Source: an uncultured Pseudomonadota bacterium
Lineage (GTDB): Bacteria; Pseudomonadota; Alphaproteobacteria; RF32; CAG-239
Length of the DNA stretch: 33,605 nucleotides
NCBI GenBank assembly: GCA_949283275.1
Contig: CASDRW010000085.1
Coordinates: 1 to 33,605 of the forward strand
Direction of reading: 5' to 3'
Shown here: piece by piece, positions 10,368-18,337 of the stretch
How positions within the stretch are numbered: position 1 is the first letter of the stretch
Layout of the letters: every line of letters starts with the position of its first letter
The notes under the pieces: model-generated
Seen by the model: only the letters and a program-made list of their open reading frames with translations
Told to the model about the DNA's origin: nothing
The model's database searches: none
Translations under genes and position numbers: made by a program

Positions 10368-10904
10368 TCTTTGTCTTTTTAGTAAAACATACATTGCTCC
10401 ATCGCCGCCGTCGGCCGGAACGGCCGGACTTATACTCAAGATAAAGGGACGGATTTCGGCATTATTGAGCCAACCGGGCAACGCATCTTTGATAATACCT
10501 TTGGGCTCATACCAGGTATCATTTTCTTTTTTGATGCCTTTGCCGGTGATAATAAGAACGCAGCGATGTCTTCTGGCATAGCATAAAGGAATAAATTCGG
10601 TTACCGCTGAGAAAGCTTCTTTTTCGGTAAGACCATGCAAATCAAGACGCGCCTCTATCTTAAATTGCCCGCGCACAAATTTTTCGGCTGTGCGCCTGTC
10701 CAAATTTGATGTATCTCCTATTGCCAAGGGAGTAACCGAATTGGCATTATACACTCCTTTTAATCCGGGAGACATTGCAATATCACCAATTATAAGCGGT
10801 GCAGACGGTCTTTCTTCCGGCTGAGGCATGGCCGCCACATCCTCAACCTCTTGCAGCCAGCAATCTATGTCTTGCGGATATTTGCTCTCAGGCAGCTTTT
10901 TCAT
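10362..10904 (-). CDS. Smr/MutS-domain endonuclease
   Basis: ARLDLHGLT, VLIITGKG, GGDGAMYVLL. Sits downstream of mltA, as is typical in alphaproteobacteria. Confidence 0.92.
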   Translation of the reverse strand: MKKLPESKYPQDIDCWLQEVEDVAAMPQPEERPSAPLIIGDIAMSPGLKGVYNANSVTPLAIGDTSNLDRRTAEKFVRGQFKIEARLDLHGLTEKEAFSAVTEFIPLCYARRHRCVLIITGKGIKKENDTWYEPKGIIKDALPGWLNNAEIRPFILSISPAVPADGGDGAMYVLLKRQRL

Positions 10905-11385
10905 GTTCTTTTTCCGCCGTAACTTCTTCTTTTTTATCGGTCATTAAATCGGCATAGTTTAAGATAACAAATTCTTGCCAGTTGCCCTCAGGCGAAACAC
11001 AACTTTTTTGCTTGTCTTCGGCATTTAGCAAGACTATACCTCCCAATTCCCAAAGCTTGGCACAATTTTCGTAGCTTGAGGTAAAGAAGTCTTTGCTTCG
11101 CTCAAACAAACGCTGCTCCAGTTTCTTTTTAACCAAATTGGACGAGAGCATAATCCCTGCTATCATAAAGGCTAAACCCCACAAAATTCCTACTGCCCAA
11201 ATAAATATCAACCCCAACAAAACTGGTATCAGCGCCGGCAACAATACTTCCCACGGATTATAAACCGGAGAAGACGGAACATTGATTTTGGAATTAATTA
11301 AGCAAATATGCAACCGATTATCGGCAATGGCTCGTTGCAGAGCCTTAAATACCAATTTATCAGCTTTATTGATTTTTTTTACCAT
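10888..11385 (-). CDS. Hypothetical membrane protein (2 TM)
   Basis: 165-aa ORF between mltA and smr with a hydrophobic hairpin. Overlaps the smr start. Confidence 0.75.
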   Translation of the reverse strand: MVKKINKADKLVFKALQRAIADNRLHICLINSKINVPSSPVYNPWEVLLPALIPVLLGLIFIWAVGILWGLAFMIAGIMLSSNLVKKKLEQRLFERSKDFFTSSYENCAKLWELGGIVLLNAEDKQKSCVSPEGNWQEFVILNYADLMTDKKEEVTAEKEHEKAA

Positions 11386-11388
11386 CTT

Positions 11389-12528
11389 TTATTTTCCTTC
11401 ATGTTGGGGCAACAAGATATAATAAGTGCCTTTAGAATTCATACTGCCGGCCAAAGATAAAACATCATCTCCGCCGGAGCCCCAAAAATAATCACCCCGG
11501 ACAGCACCTTTAATCGCGCTGCCGATATCTTGCGCCACCATCAATTTATTAAGCGGTTTGTTGCCGGGCAACGTGGTTTCAAGCCACAAAAGAGCGCCAA
11601 GCGGAATAAACTCTTTGTCAACCGCAAGCGAGCGACCTGCAGTTAGCGGCACACCCAAAGCACCAATGGGGCCTTCCGGGTTGCCTAAGCGATGGAAAAT
11701 GTAGCGATCATTCTCGTTCATATTAACATAAGCTTCTTCGGGATTTGATTTAAGCCATTTTTTTATGTTGCCCATGCTGGCCTGCCCGACCTGAAGCAAT
11801 CCTTTTTCCAACAAAATAGAACCTATTCCCTTAAATGGGCGGCCGTTGCTTGAAGCAAAAGCTATTCTTTGCCGAGAACCATCCGGCAGTTTGGCAACGG
11901 CAGAGCCTTGAATCTGCATCACAAAAACATCGACCGCACAGTCGGCCCACAAAATAACCGGGGCTTTGAGCCCATGCTTATTAATCTCGGCCCGGGTATA
12001 ATAAGGTATCAACTTATTGCCCTGTTTGCGGCCGATAATCTTCTTAGCCGGAAGTGAGGCATCAAAATCTTTAAGGTTTACCTCAATCAAATCATTGGGT
12101 ATGCCATATACGGGATATTTGTAAACATCATCTTTGGTATAAGAGGCGTTAATTTCTGCTTCATAATATGATGTAAATTTGCCTTCGCTTGAACCTTTGT
12201 AGGTTACCTGATAGGGGGTAAAATTGTTTTTGACAAACTCCTTAAATTGAGCCTTAGGGGTTTGCCTGGCTTTGGCACAAGCCAAAAGATAATCTTGGCG
12301 GTTAATCTTAATGGCGGAATGCCCCAAAAACTCGCCCTTGCCCTTGGCAACCGCTTCGCAACTGCGCAAAAAAGCAGTTCTTGCCGATGAAAAATCATCA
12401 TCCTCAAAACCGTGGAGTACTGAAAAATCAACCTCTTTTAATTCAACATCGCTTTTTTTGGCCTCTTCCTTGGAACAAGCAGCCAAAACAAGCACAAAAA
12501 CTAAAGTAACAAGTCTTTTTAACATCAT
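11389..12528 (-). CDS. mltA: Membrane-bound lytic murein transglycosylase A
   Basis: LAAC lipobox, FTSYYE, MQIQGS, SLAVD, AQDIGSAIKGAVRGDYFWGSG (3D domain). ATG 12528 overlaps the tim44 stop. Confidence 0.93.
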   Translation of the reverse strand: MMLKRLVTLVFVLVLAACSKEEAKKSDVELKEVDFSVLHGFEDDDFSSARTAFLRSCEAVAKGKGEFLGHSAIKINRQDYLLACAKARQTPKAQFKEFVKNNFTPYQVTYKGSSEGKFTSYYEAEINASYTKDDVYKYPVYGIPNDLIEVNLKDFDASLPAKKIIGRKQGNKLIPYYTRAEINKHGLKAPVILWADCAVDVFVMQIQGSAVAKLPDGSRQRIAFASSNGRPFKGIGSILLEKGLLQVGQASMGNIKKWLKSNPEEAYVNMNENDRYIFHRLGNPEGPIGALGVPLTAGRSLAVDKEFIPLGALLWLETTLPGNKPLNKLMVAQDIGSAIKGAVRGDYFWGSGGDDVLSLAGSMNSKGTYYILLPQHEGK

Positions 12529-13190
12529 TTTTTGGTTGATACTAAAGTCCAATTCAAAGTGTGGGCGTCAAGCGGACGTTCAAAAGTCCAAACATCGGTA
12601 ATGGTTTGAATATAATTCTCGTCGCCTTGAACCACATTGTCGTCTTTGTCACGCAGAACATTTACTTGCTCGCTTACAAACTCAACACTGATAAGAGCTT
12701 TGTTCTTATTATCAATTTGAGCCTTGATTATCTCGGCTTTGTCAAAACAAATAAAATCGGTTTCGGCGGTTATATCATCGGCTTGGCGTTGCTTGATTAT
12801 CTCTTGCAGTTTTTTATAGACCGAAGTGCTTACAAGCATCTTTAATGTTTCGGCATCGGCTTTATTAAAAGCCTCGGTAATGACTTGAAAAGCTTTTTTG
12901 GCACCTTTGATAAACGAATCTTTGTTAAATCCGGGAATTTTTTGCAAAACAGAATCCGTTTCCGATATCGGTTCCTCGTTTATCGGTGTTAAGACTTCGG
13001 CGGTTTGAGCGGCCTCTTTGAGACCCTTTTCGGTCTCGGTTTTCAACAGTTTATAAAGCTTCTCGGCCCCTTCACGGCTAAGCCTAACCTTTTTGGGCTC
13101 TTCCTCGGGCCTTGTGCCCAAAACCCGCCACAGGCGCTGGAAAATAAGTGCGACAACAATCAATAATACGATAATATCCAAACTCATCAT
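12525..13190 (-). CDS. Tim44/TimA-family adaptor protein
   Basis: N-terminal TM then LGTRP, FIKGAKKAFQVITEAF, DVWTFER..NWTLV. Start placed at 13190 from RBS spacing (ORF open to 13199). Confidence 0.9.
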   Translation of the reverse strand: MMSLDIIVLLIVVALIFQRLWRVLGTRPEEEPKKVRLSREGAEKLYKLLKTETEKGLKEAAQTAEVLTPINEEPISETDSVLQKIPGFNKDSFIKGAKKAFQVITEAFNKADAETLKMLVSTSVYKKLQEIIKQRQADDITAETDFICFDKAEIIKAQIDNKNKALISVEFVSEQVNVLRDKDDNVVQGDENYIQTITDVWTFERPLDAHTLNWTLVSTKK

Positions 13191-13332
13191 GATAAACATA
13201 CCCCTTGTAATTGCTATTTAACAATATAACTTTAATACAAATTTTTATCAACTGTTTATTATCATTTGACCTAAACAAATTTTAAGGTTATGAATGTATA
13301 CAATAATTTAATTGTTATTTAGGAGAAAAATT

Positions 13333-13782
13333 ATGGATAATCAACATCCGCAACCGGCTATTTTAATACAAAATCAGTATATAAAAGATTTGTCTATGGA
13401 AATTCCGCATGCACCGCAAATTTTCAAGAAACTGCAGCAAAACGCCCCAAAGGTTAATGTCGAGGTTAATATTGAGGCGCAAAAATTGGAAGAAGAAAAA
13501 ACTTTTAATATTTTGCTTAATATCAGGGTTAACGGCGATGTCGAGGAAGAAAAAGCTTTTATTTTGGAGCTTTCTTACGGAGCAGTCGTATCCTTAAACA
13601 TTAAACCGGAACATGAAGAACCGGTGTTGATGATTGAAGTACCGCATATGATATTTCCTTTTGCCAGACAGATTGTGTCTTCGACAATGGCCAATGCAGG
13701 CCTTCCGCCATTAATGCTTAATCCGATTGACTTTATGGCGATGTATAATGCCAAAAAGACCAAAGAAGCTCAAAAACAATAA
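13333..13782 (+). CDS. secB: Protein-export chaperone SecB
   Basis: QYIKDLSMEIPHAP, IFPFARQIV, GLPPLMLNPIDF. AGGAG RBS before ATG 13333. Confidence 0.96.
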   Translation: MDNQHPQPAILIQNQYIKDLSMEIPHAPQIFKKLQQNAPKVNVEVNIEAQKLEEEKTFNILLNIRVNGDVEEEKAFILELSYGAVVSLNIKPEHEEPVLMIEVPHMIFPFARQIVSSTMANAGLPPLMLNPIDFMAMYNAKKTKEAQKQ

Positions 13783-13790
13783 CTAATCTA

Positions 13791-13827
13791 AAAAAATCCC
13801 CTTTCTGCCAGAGAAAGGGGATTTTTT
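13791..13827. terminator. Bidirectional intrinsic terminator between secB and the large ORF
   Basis: AAAAAATCCCCTTTCT-GCCAG-AGAAAGGGGATTTTTT between convergent genes. Confidence 0.9.
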
Positions 13828-13839
13828 TGACTTGGCTTA

Positions 13840-16800
13840 TTATCTTGACTTATTATTTATAAAAGCGCGCATTTGTGCAGCCTTGGCTTGGTTAAATTGT
13901 TGTTTTAACTGCTCGGTGGTGTACAGCGGCTTTTTAAGATTTTCGGCTGTTGGTTGCAACTTGCCGTCCTCGCCGATTTCAAGCCCGTTTTTAACAAGCT
14001 TTTGGTTGAAGTTCTCAATGAACTTATCCCCGTTAGCAACAGGCTCGCCAATCTCTTTTTGATGCTCAATATGTTGCGCAACAAAATAATCCTTAATTAA
14101 TTGCCTATGTCTATATTCTGCGCCCAACTCATCAACGGCAGTACCATTGGCGCGACAACAAGCCTCGTGTACGGATGTGATATCTTCTTTAGATATTGCA
14201 ATATTTCTAAACTCAATATTACCATTTAATCCACCATCCTCGTTGATACTGTAACTAGGGATAATGTCATCACCATAGTTATAGCCTCTTATCCATCCAC
14301 TTGTTGTAGTTTCATATTCAACTGTAGTAGTTGCTTTTTCAACAACAAGATCTTCGGCTTTAACCGTTGTTTGAGATTCGATTACAATAACCTCAGGAGC
14401 TGCATCCTCGGCTTTGGTCTCAACCGCAGGAGCTACATCCTCGGCTTTGGTCTCAACCTCAGGAGCTTTGGTCTCAACCTCAGGAGCTTTGGGCTCAACC
14501 GCAGGAGCTGCTTTATCAGCAACGGATTCATCGACAACTCGATTGGTATTTCCATTGGCTTCGGCGGTTTTGGCCATTTTTCTTTCTATACCATTTTCAA
14601 GTCTTTCTTTATGGCGGATAAACTTATTATCTTCCACAGTTTTACCAAGATGAGTATTGTTGTTCTCAATCTCTTCGGTTGGAGTTAGATGATAACGGGT
14701 AGTATCTCCCCGCATCTTTTCGGCCAAACTTTGTGCCGTTTCTTTATCCAAGACATACCCTTGTTTGCCGACATAGAAATTTGCCTCACCGGTCTTGGAA
14801 TCAACTTCTACCGTAATGGCATTAGCCCCCTTGCCATATTGGAAAGAAATGGTATCTGCTTCATAGGTAATATTGGGAGTACCAAGCTTTTCAATCGCTT
14901 GGGGATCAATACTTAATGCTACCGGATGTTTAACCTCGACACCGCCAGGCTGACTTATAGCTCCGTCGCTATCTGCCAGTTTAGCGCCTTTTTGCCAGAT
15001 ATGAACTGAACCATCTTTACCTATACGCATAAATTGAGATCCTTCCGGAACTTCGGATGTAACCGCATAATCACTAGCTTGTCCTGAATAGGTGGCGGTA
15101 GCTTTAGAGCCTAATTCTTCCGGTGATTTGAAGTTGATTGCAATATTTCTGATATCTTTTGGTTTATATTCTGCATAAACTTTGATATTGGATTCAACCT
15201 CGGTTATGCTTGAATCTTTAGACATCTCAGGTTCTTGAGGAGCTGCGACAGGTGTTTCTTCAACACGGCCGCCCATTTTCCAATGATTCATATGCCCTTC
15301 ATCGCAATTTTCCCATTGATCGGCCTTTATCATAACATTATCTGTCAAGACCTTATCAGGACCAAGGTAGTCACCTTTATCATCTATCATTGCCAAGGCT
15401 TTATTAATTGCAGCATATTGCTCAGCACTTAATTGCTCACCACAATTCAAAAGATTATTAAGTGCTGTCATTTCTTCTTCATAATGATAGCGTACCGCAC
15501 CTTGGATAGAATTACCTTGAGCGTCGACACGATCTGTCCATGCATCCAATCTTTGATATTTGAACAATATCTCTTCTTTGGTCATATTGCTAAAATTGGC
15601 CATAACCTCATCTGATGACAAATTGGTATACATTCTGTTAAGGTCTTCTGCTGTATACAAACGTTGCAAAAGAGCATATTGAGCTTTGGTAATACCCATG
15701 TCTGCATTATATTCATTAGGAAAGGCATAGGTTTTGGTATCAATAATCTCAGCACCGGTGCCGGCAACTGCGGCTGTACCACCGGTGGCAACGTTTCCAT
15801 CAGTCGGGGCGTGACTTACGCTGTTGGCCGGGTTGTGGAACAAACTATCAGCCGGGTTGCGGAACAAACTATCGACCGGCGTAGTTACTCCTTCTGGTGC
15901 TGCCTCAGCTCGACGTTCAATATAATCAGAAATACCGTTGCCGTTTTTATCTACAAGAGAAACACCTGCTGTACGAACCCCGGTTGTATCAACATTGGAA
16001 TTAACCGTGGTGGTATCGGTTTGGGCTTTGCCCTTGCTGGTCAACCAGCTCCACCATCTTGGAGTGCTTTGATTGCTTGCTGTTGTATCTACCTGATTAT
16101 CGGCTAAATTTGTTGCAGATTGGGTCTTGCTCCGACCGATTAAGCGCTCCAACAGGCTCATCTTTGTGCCGGATGCAGCCGGGGCTTCAACCGAGGATGT
16201 ATCGCTCAAGTCGGTTGCATGACCTGCGGTATGGTTGCCATGGAATAGAGAGCTGAAGAAACCGGCTTCGTTTAATCCTTTTACGGCATCACCTAATGCC
16301 GAACCGGCAACAACGGTCAATAATGTCGTTTTGTCTTTTTTAACATTGTTTTGAGCAGCTTGCAGCTTTTTTTGATAATCAATTGACATTACGCCTTCTT
16401 GGCCTTCTTTTAGCACTTCAGCTTCACGCTTTTGGCTCATTATTAAGGTGCTACCTTTGCCCAAGACCATTACACCCTGGCGTAATAGAGTTTTGCCCCA
16501 GCTACCGGCATTGCCTCCAAAACCAAAGGCTGCCATAATACCACCGGCGGCAACACCCTCTATCGTGCGCGTTATGGCACGACGTCTAAAACCGTCTTCG
16601 GCATAGGTGGCTTTTTTAGCTTCTGCCCAATGAGCTTTGCGATAAGCTTTTCTTGCTTCTTTGTCGGTAATTCCTTTTTGGCGCATCTCGGCTCTGATTT
16701 TGTCATAAACCGGCATTACCCAAGCGTTTACTGCCGTCCAACCGGCATATACTGCCGCACCGGCAGCAATAACGGCTGTAGCGCCGCTGGCGGTTGCCAT

Positions 16801-18108
16801 AGCGGCACCACCAAGTATTGCCATGTTAAGAGCGGCTTTTTTCCAACCGCCTTGTTTGATCATGTTGTCAATAAAGGATCTACTTACGTTCTTAAAGGCA
16901 GTTTTGGCCCTGGTATAAAAAGGAACTTTTTCTTTGGTAATGTTCTTTTGCCCAAAAATACGTTCAATCTTGGCGGTCTCAAGCCCTAGCTGACGCCTGT
17001 CCTCTTCTATCGCCAAGGGGTTGATTTTTAAGTTGCCACTTAAAACATCCTCAATGGCTTGTGACATATCAACACCGTCTTTGTCTTGATAGCTCCAGCC
17101 TTTTTCTTGGTCATAGGTGATGTTGTTTAGCACAATTCCGGCTTCTTTGCTGGTGGAAACACCACAAGCAACAACACTGCGCGTAAAATTGTCATAAATT
17201 TCTTGTTTGTAGGCTTCAAGAAGCGAGTTGACGTCTTTATATTTGAGCGTCATCGCCCTATCTTTTAAGAAATTGTTGGTGGCACGCTGTGAGGCAATGG
17301 TCAACATCATCTCAAGATTGGTTTTTCTTAATCCCTCATCACCGTCAAACTGAATGGTAGCGGCCAAGTCTTTACATTGCTCATAAAGCGGATTTAGCTC
17401 GCCTTTTTCATCATAGACATCAAGCGATTTTATAGCGCTGTCAAGCCTATGGTCGTTGGACATTATCTGCTGACCATCAATCTTGTCCCAGCCCGAAAGC
17501 TCAGCCAAACGAGCAATAAAGGCGTCTTGGGCTTCTTTAGAGACATCATCCAAAGCACCCGACTTTTCGGCTTGGTCAAAGTGGGCAAATTCTGCATCGA
17601 TGATTTCTTCTTTGTTCTCTTTCTTATTGCCTAGGGCTTGTTCAATAGCTGCTTTTTCTTCATTTGCGGCACCTTCAAGGGTTTTGACAGCATCTGTATT
17701 GCCTTCGTTAACTTGTTTGGCTGCCTCCAACAAGGCTTTGCGTTTGAGGCGCGAAATAAGATCGTTTTCCCCTTCAATTATCTCTATTTCTTTACTAACC
17801 GCCTCTTGAATTATTGTTTTTAGGTCGCTATCCTTACCCTCACTTGTGGTAATTTTGATTTGCTCCAAATCTTTGCTATCAATAACTCTGGTATATGCCA
17901 ACAAATCATAAGGATTTGTATCTTCAATAGCTTGAACGGCGTTTTCATCTACCTCGCCTTGAAGCCTTTGTGTCATTATAGCTTTAATCTTTTCAGCTAT
18001 ATCGTCTTTTTTGTTATCTTTAGCGCTAACATAAATCTGATACAAATTAGTTGTATCTTCTGCTTTTAGATTATCTTCATTTTCCCAATCCGAATTCCAA
18101 GCAACCAT
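13840..18108 (-). CDS. Large (1422 aa) hypothetical protein with central Gly/Ala-rich hydrophobic segments and repeats
   Basis: Uninterrupted 4.27-kb ORF with GGGAG RBS, its own candidate promoter and a terminator. No family recognised. Confidence 0.85.
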   Translation of the reverse strand: MVAWNSDWENEDNLKAEDTTNLYQIYVSAKDNKKDDIAEKIKAIMTQRLQGEVDENAVQAIEDTNPYDLLAYTRVIDSKDLEQIKITTSEGKDSDLKTIIQEAVSKEIEIIEGENDLISRLKRKALLEAAKQVNEGNTDAVKTLEGAANEEKAAIEQALGNKKENKEEIIDAEFAHFDQAEKSGALDDVSKEAQDAFIARLAELSGWDKIDGQQIMSNDHRLDSAIKSLDVYDEKGELNPLYEQCKDLAATIQFDGDEGLRKTNLEMMLTIASQRATNNFLKDRAMTLKYKDVNSLLEAYKQEIYDNFTRSVVACGVSTSKEAGIVLNNITYDQEKGWSYQDKDGVDMSQAIEDVLSGNLKINPLAIEEDRRQLGLETAKIERIFGQKNITKEKVPFYTRAKTAFKNVSRSFIDNMIKQGGWKKAALNMAILGGAAMATASGATAVIAAGAAVYAGWTAVNAWVMPVYDKIRAEMRQKGITDKEARKAYRKAHWAEAKKATYAEDGFRRRAITRTIEGVAAGGIMAAFGFGGNAGSWGKTLLRQGVMVLGKGSTLIMSQKREAEVLKEGQEGVMSIDYQKKLQAAQNNVKKDKTTLLTVVAGSALGDAVKGLNEAGFFSSLFHGNHTAGHATDLSDTSSVEAPAASGTKMSLLERLIGRSKTQSATNLADNQVDTTASNQSTPRWWSWLTSKGKAQTDTTTVNSNVDTTGVRTAGVSLVDKNGNGISDYIERRAEAAPEGVTTPVDSLFRNPADSLFHNPANSVSHAPTDGNVATGGTAAVAGTGAEIIDTKTYAFPNEYNADMGITKAQYALLQRLYTAEDLNRMYTNLSSDEVMANFSNMTKEEILFKYQRLDAWTDRVDAQGNSIQGAVRYHYEEEMTALNNLLNCGEQLSAEQYAAINKALAMIDDKGDYLGPDKVLTDNVMIKADQWENCDEGHMNHWKMGGRVEETPVAAPQEPEMSKDSSITEVESNIKVYAEYKPKDIRNIAINFKSPEELGSKATATYSGQASDYAVTSEVPEGSQFMRIGKDGSVHIWQKGAKLADSDGAISQPGGVEVKHPVALSIDPQAIEKLGTPNITYEADTISFQYGKGANAITVEVDSKTGEANFYVGKQGYVLDKETAQSLAEKMRGDTTRYHLTPTEEIENNNTHLGKTVEDNKFIRHKERLENGIERKMAKTAEANGNTNRVVDESVADKAAPAVEPKAPEVETKAPEVETKAEDVAPAVETKAEDAAPEVIVIESQTTVKAEDLVVEKATTTVEYETTTSGWIRGYNYGDDIIPSYSINEDGGLNGNIEFRNIAISKEDITSVHEACCRANGTAVDELGAEYRHRQLIKDYFVAQHIEHQKEIGEPVANGDKFIENFNQKLVKNGLEIGEDGKLQPTAENLKKPLYTTEQLKQQFNQAKAAQMRAFINNKSR
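14389..14509. repeat. In-frame tandem repeats (2 x 33 bp, 2 x 21 bp, plus a partial unit)
   Basis: Units begin AACC(T/G)CAGGAGCT at 14389, 14422, 14455, 14476 and 14497. They encode APAVEPK-APEVETK-APEVETK-AEDVAPAVETK-AEDAAPEV. Confidence 0.92.
15827..15874. repeat. 24-bp tandem duplication in the large ORF
   Basis: GCCGGGTTGTGGAACAAACTATCA / GCCGGGTTGCGGAACAAACTATCG, encoding DSLFRNPA-DSLFHNPA. Confidence 0.9.
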
Positions 18109-18155
18109 GTTTAATCTCCCTTGAAAAAAAAGGTTTTTGTGTCTAAGTTATTTAG

Positions 18156-18184
18156 ATAATACACTATTTTTCAGACACTAGCAA
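18156..18184 (-). promoter_or_regulatory. Putative sigma70 promoter of the large ORF
   Basis: TTGCTA-17 nt-TATTAT on the minus strand, ~50 nt upstream of the start. Confidence 0.5.
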
Positions 18185-18280
18185 GTGTTTTTTGTCAAAA
18201 TTTTGTATTTTTCTTTAAAAACACAAAAATCTTCCATGTTGCCGGTATGATAACAGGCAAAAGTTAATATTTATATAATC

Positions 18281-18321
18281 ATCAAAAAACCCCGCCTTGA
18301 GCCAAAAGCGGGGTTTTTGAT
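18281..18321 (-). terminator. Intrinsic terminator downstream of ileS
   Basis: AAAAACCCCGC-12 nt-GCGGGGTTTTT inverted repeat. Confidence 0.85.
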
Positions 18322-18337
18322 TGAACATGGCCTATTT

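Noticed and set aside
14389-14509. Possible CRISPR array
   Set aside because: Units are contiguous multiples of 3 inside a CDS, have no unique spacers, and no cas genes are nearby.
18167-18178. 12-mer TTTTTCAGACAC shared between the orphan-gene promoter spacer and the structured RNA (22702-22713), hinting at RNA-guided targeting
   Set aside because: About one 12-mer match is expected by chance between a ~200-nt query and both strands of 33.6 kb, and the match does not extend. Revisit only if it is conserved in relatives.
18192-18209. Pho box (TTGTCAA-AATT-TTGTATT)
   Set aside because: Too many mismatches to CTGTCAT repeats in an AT-rich context.
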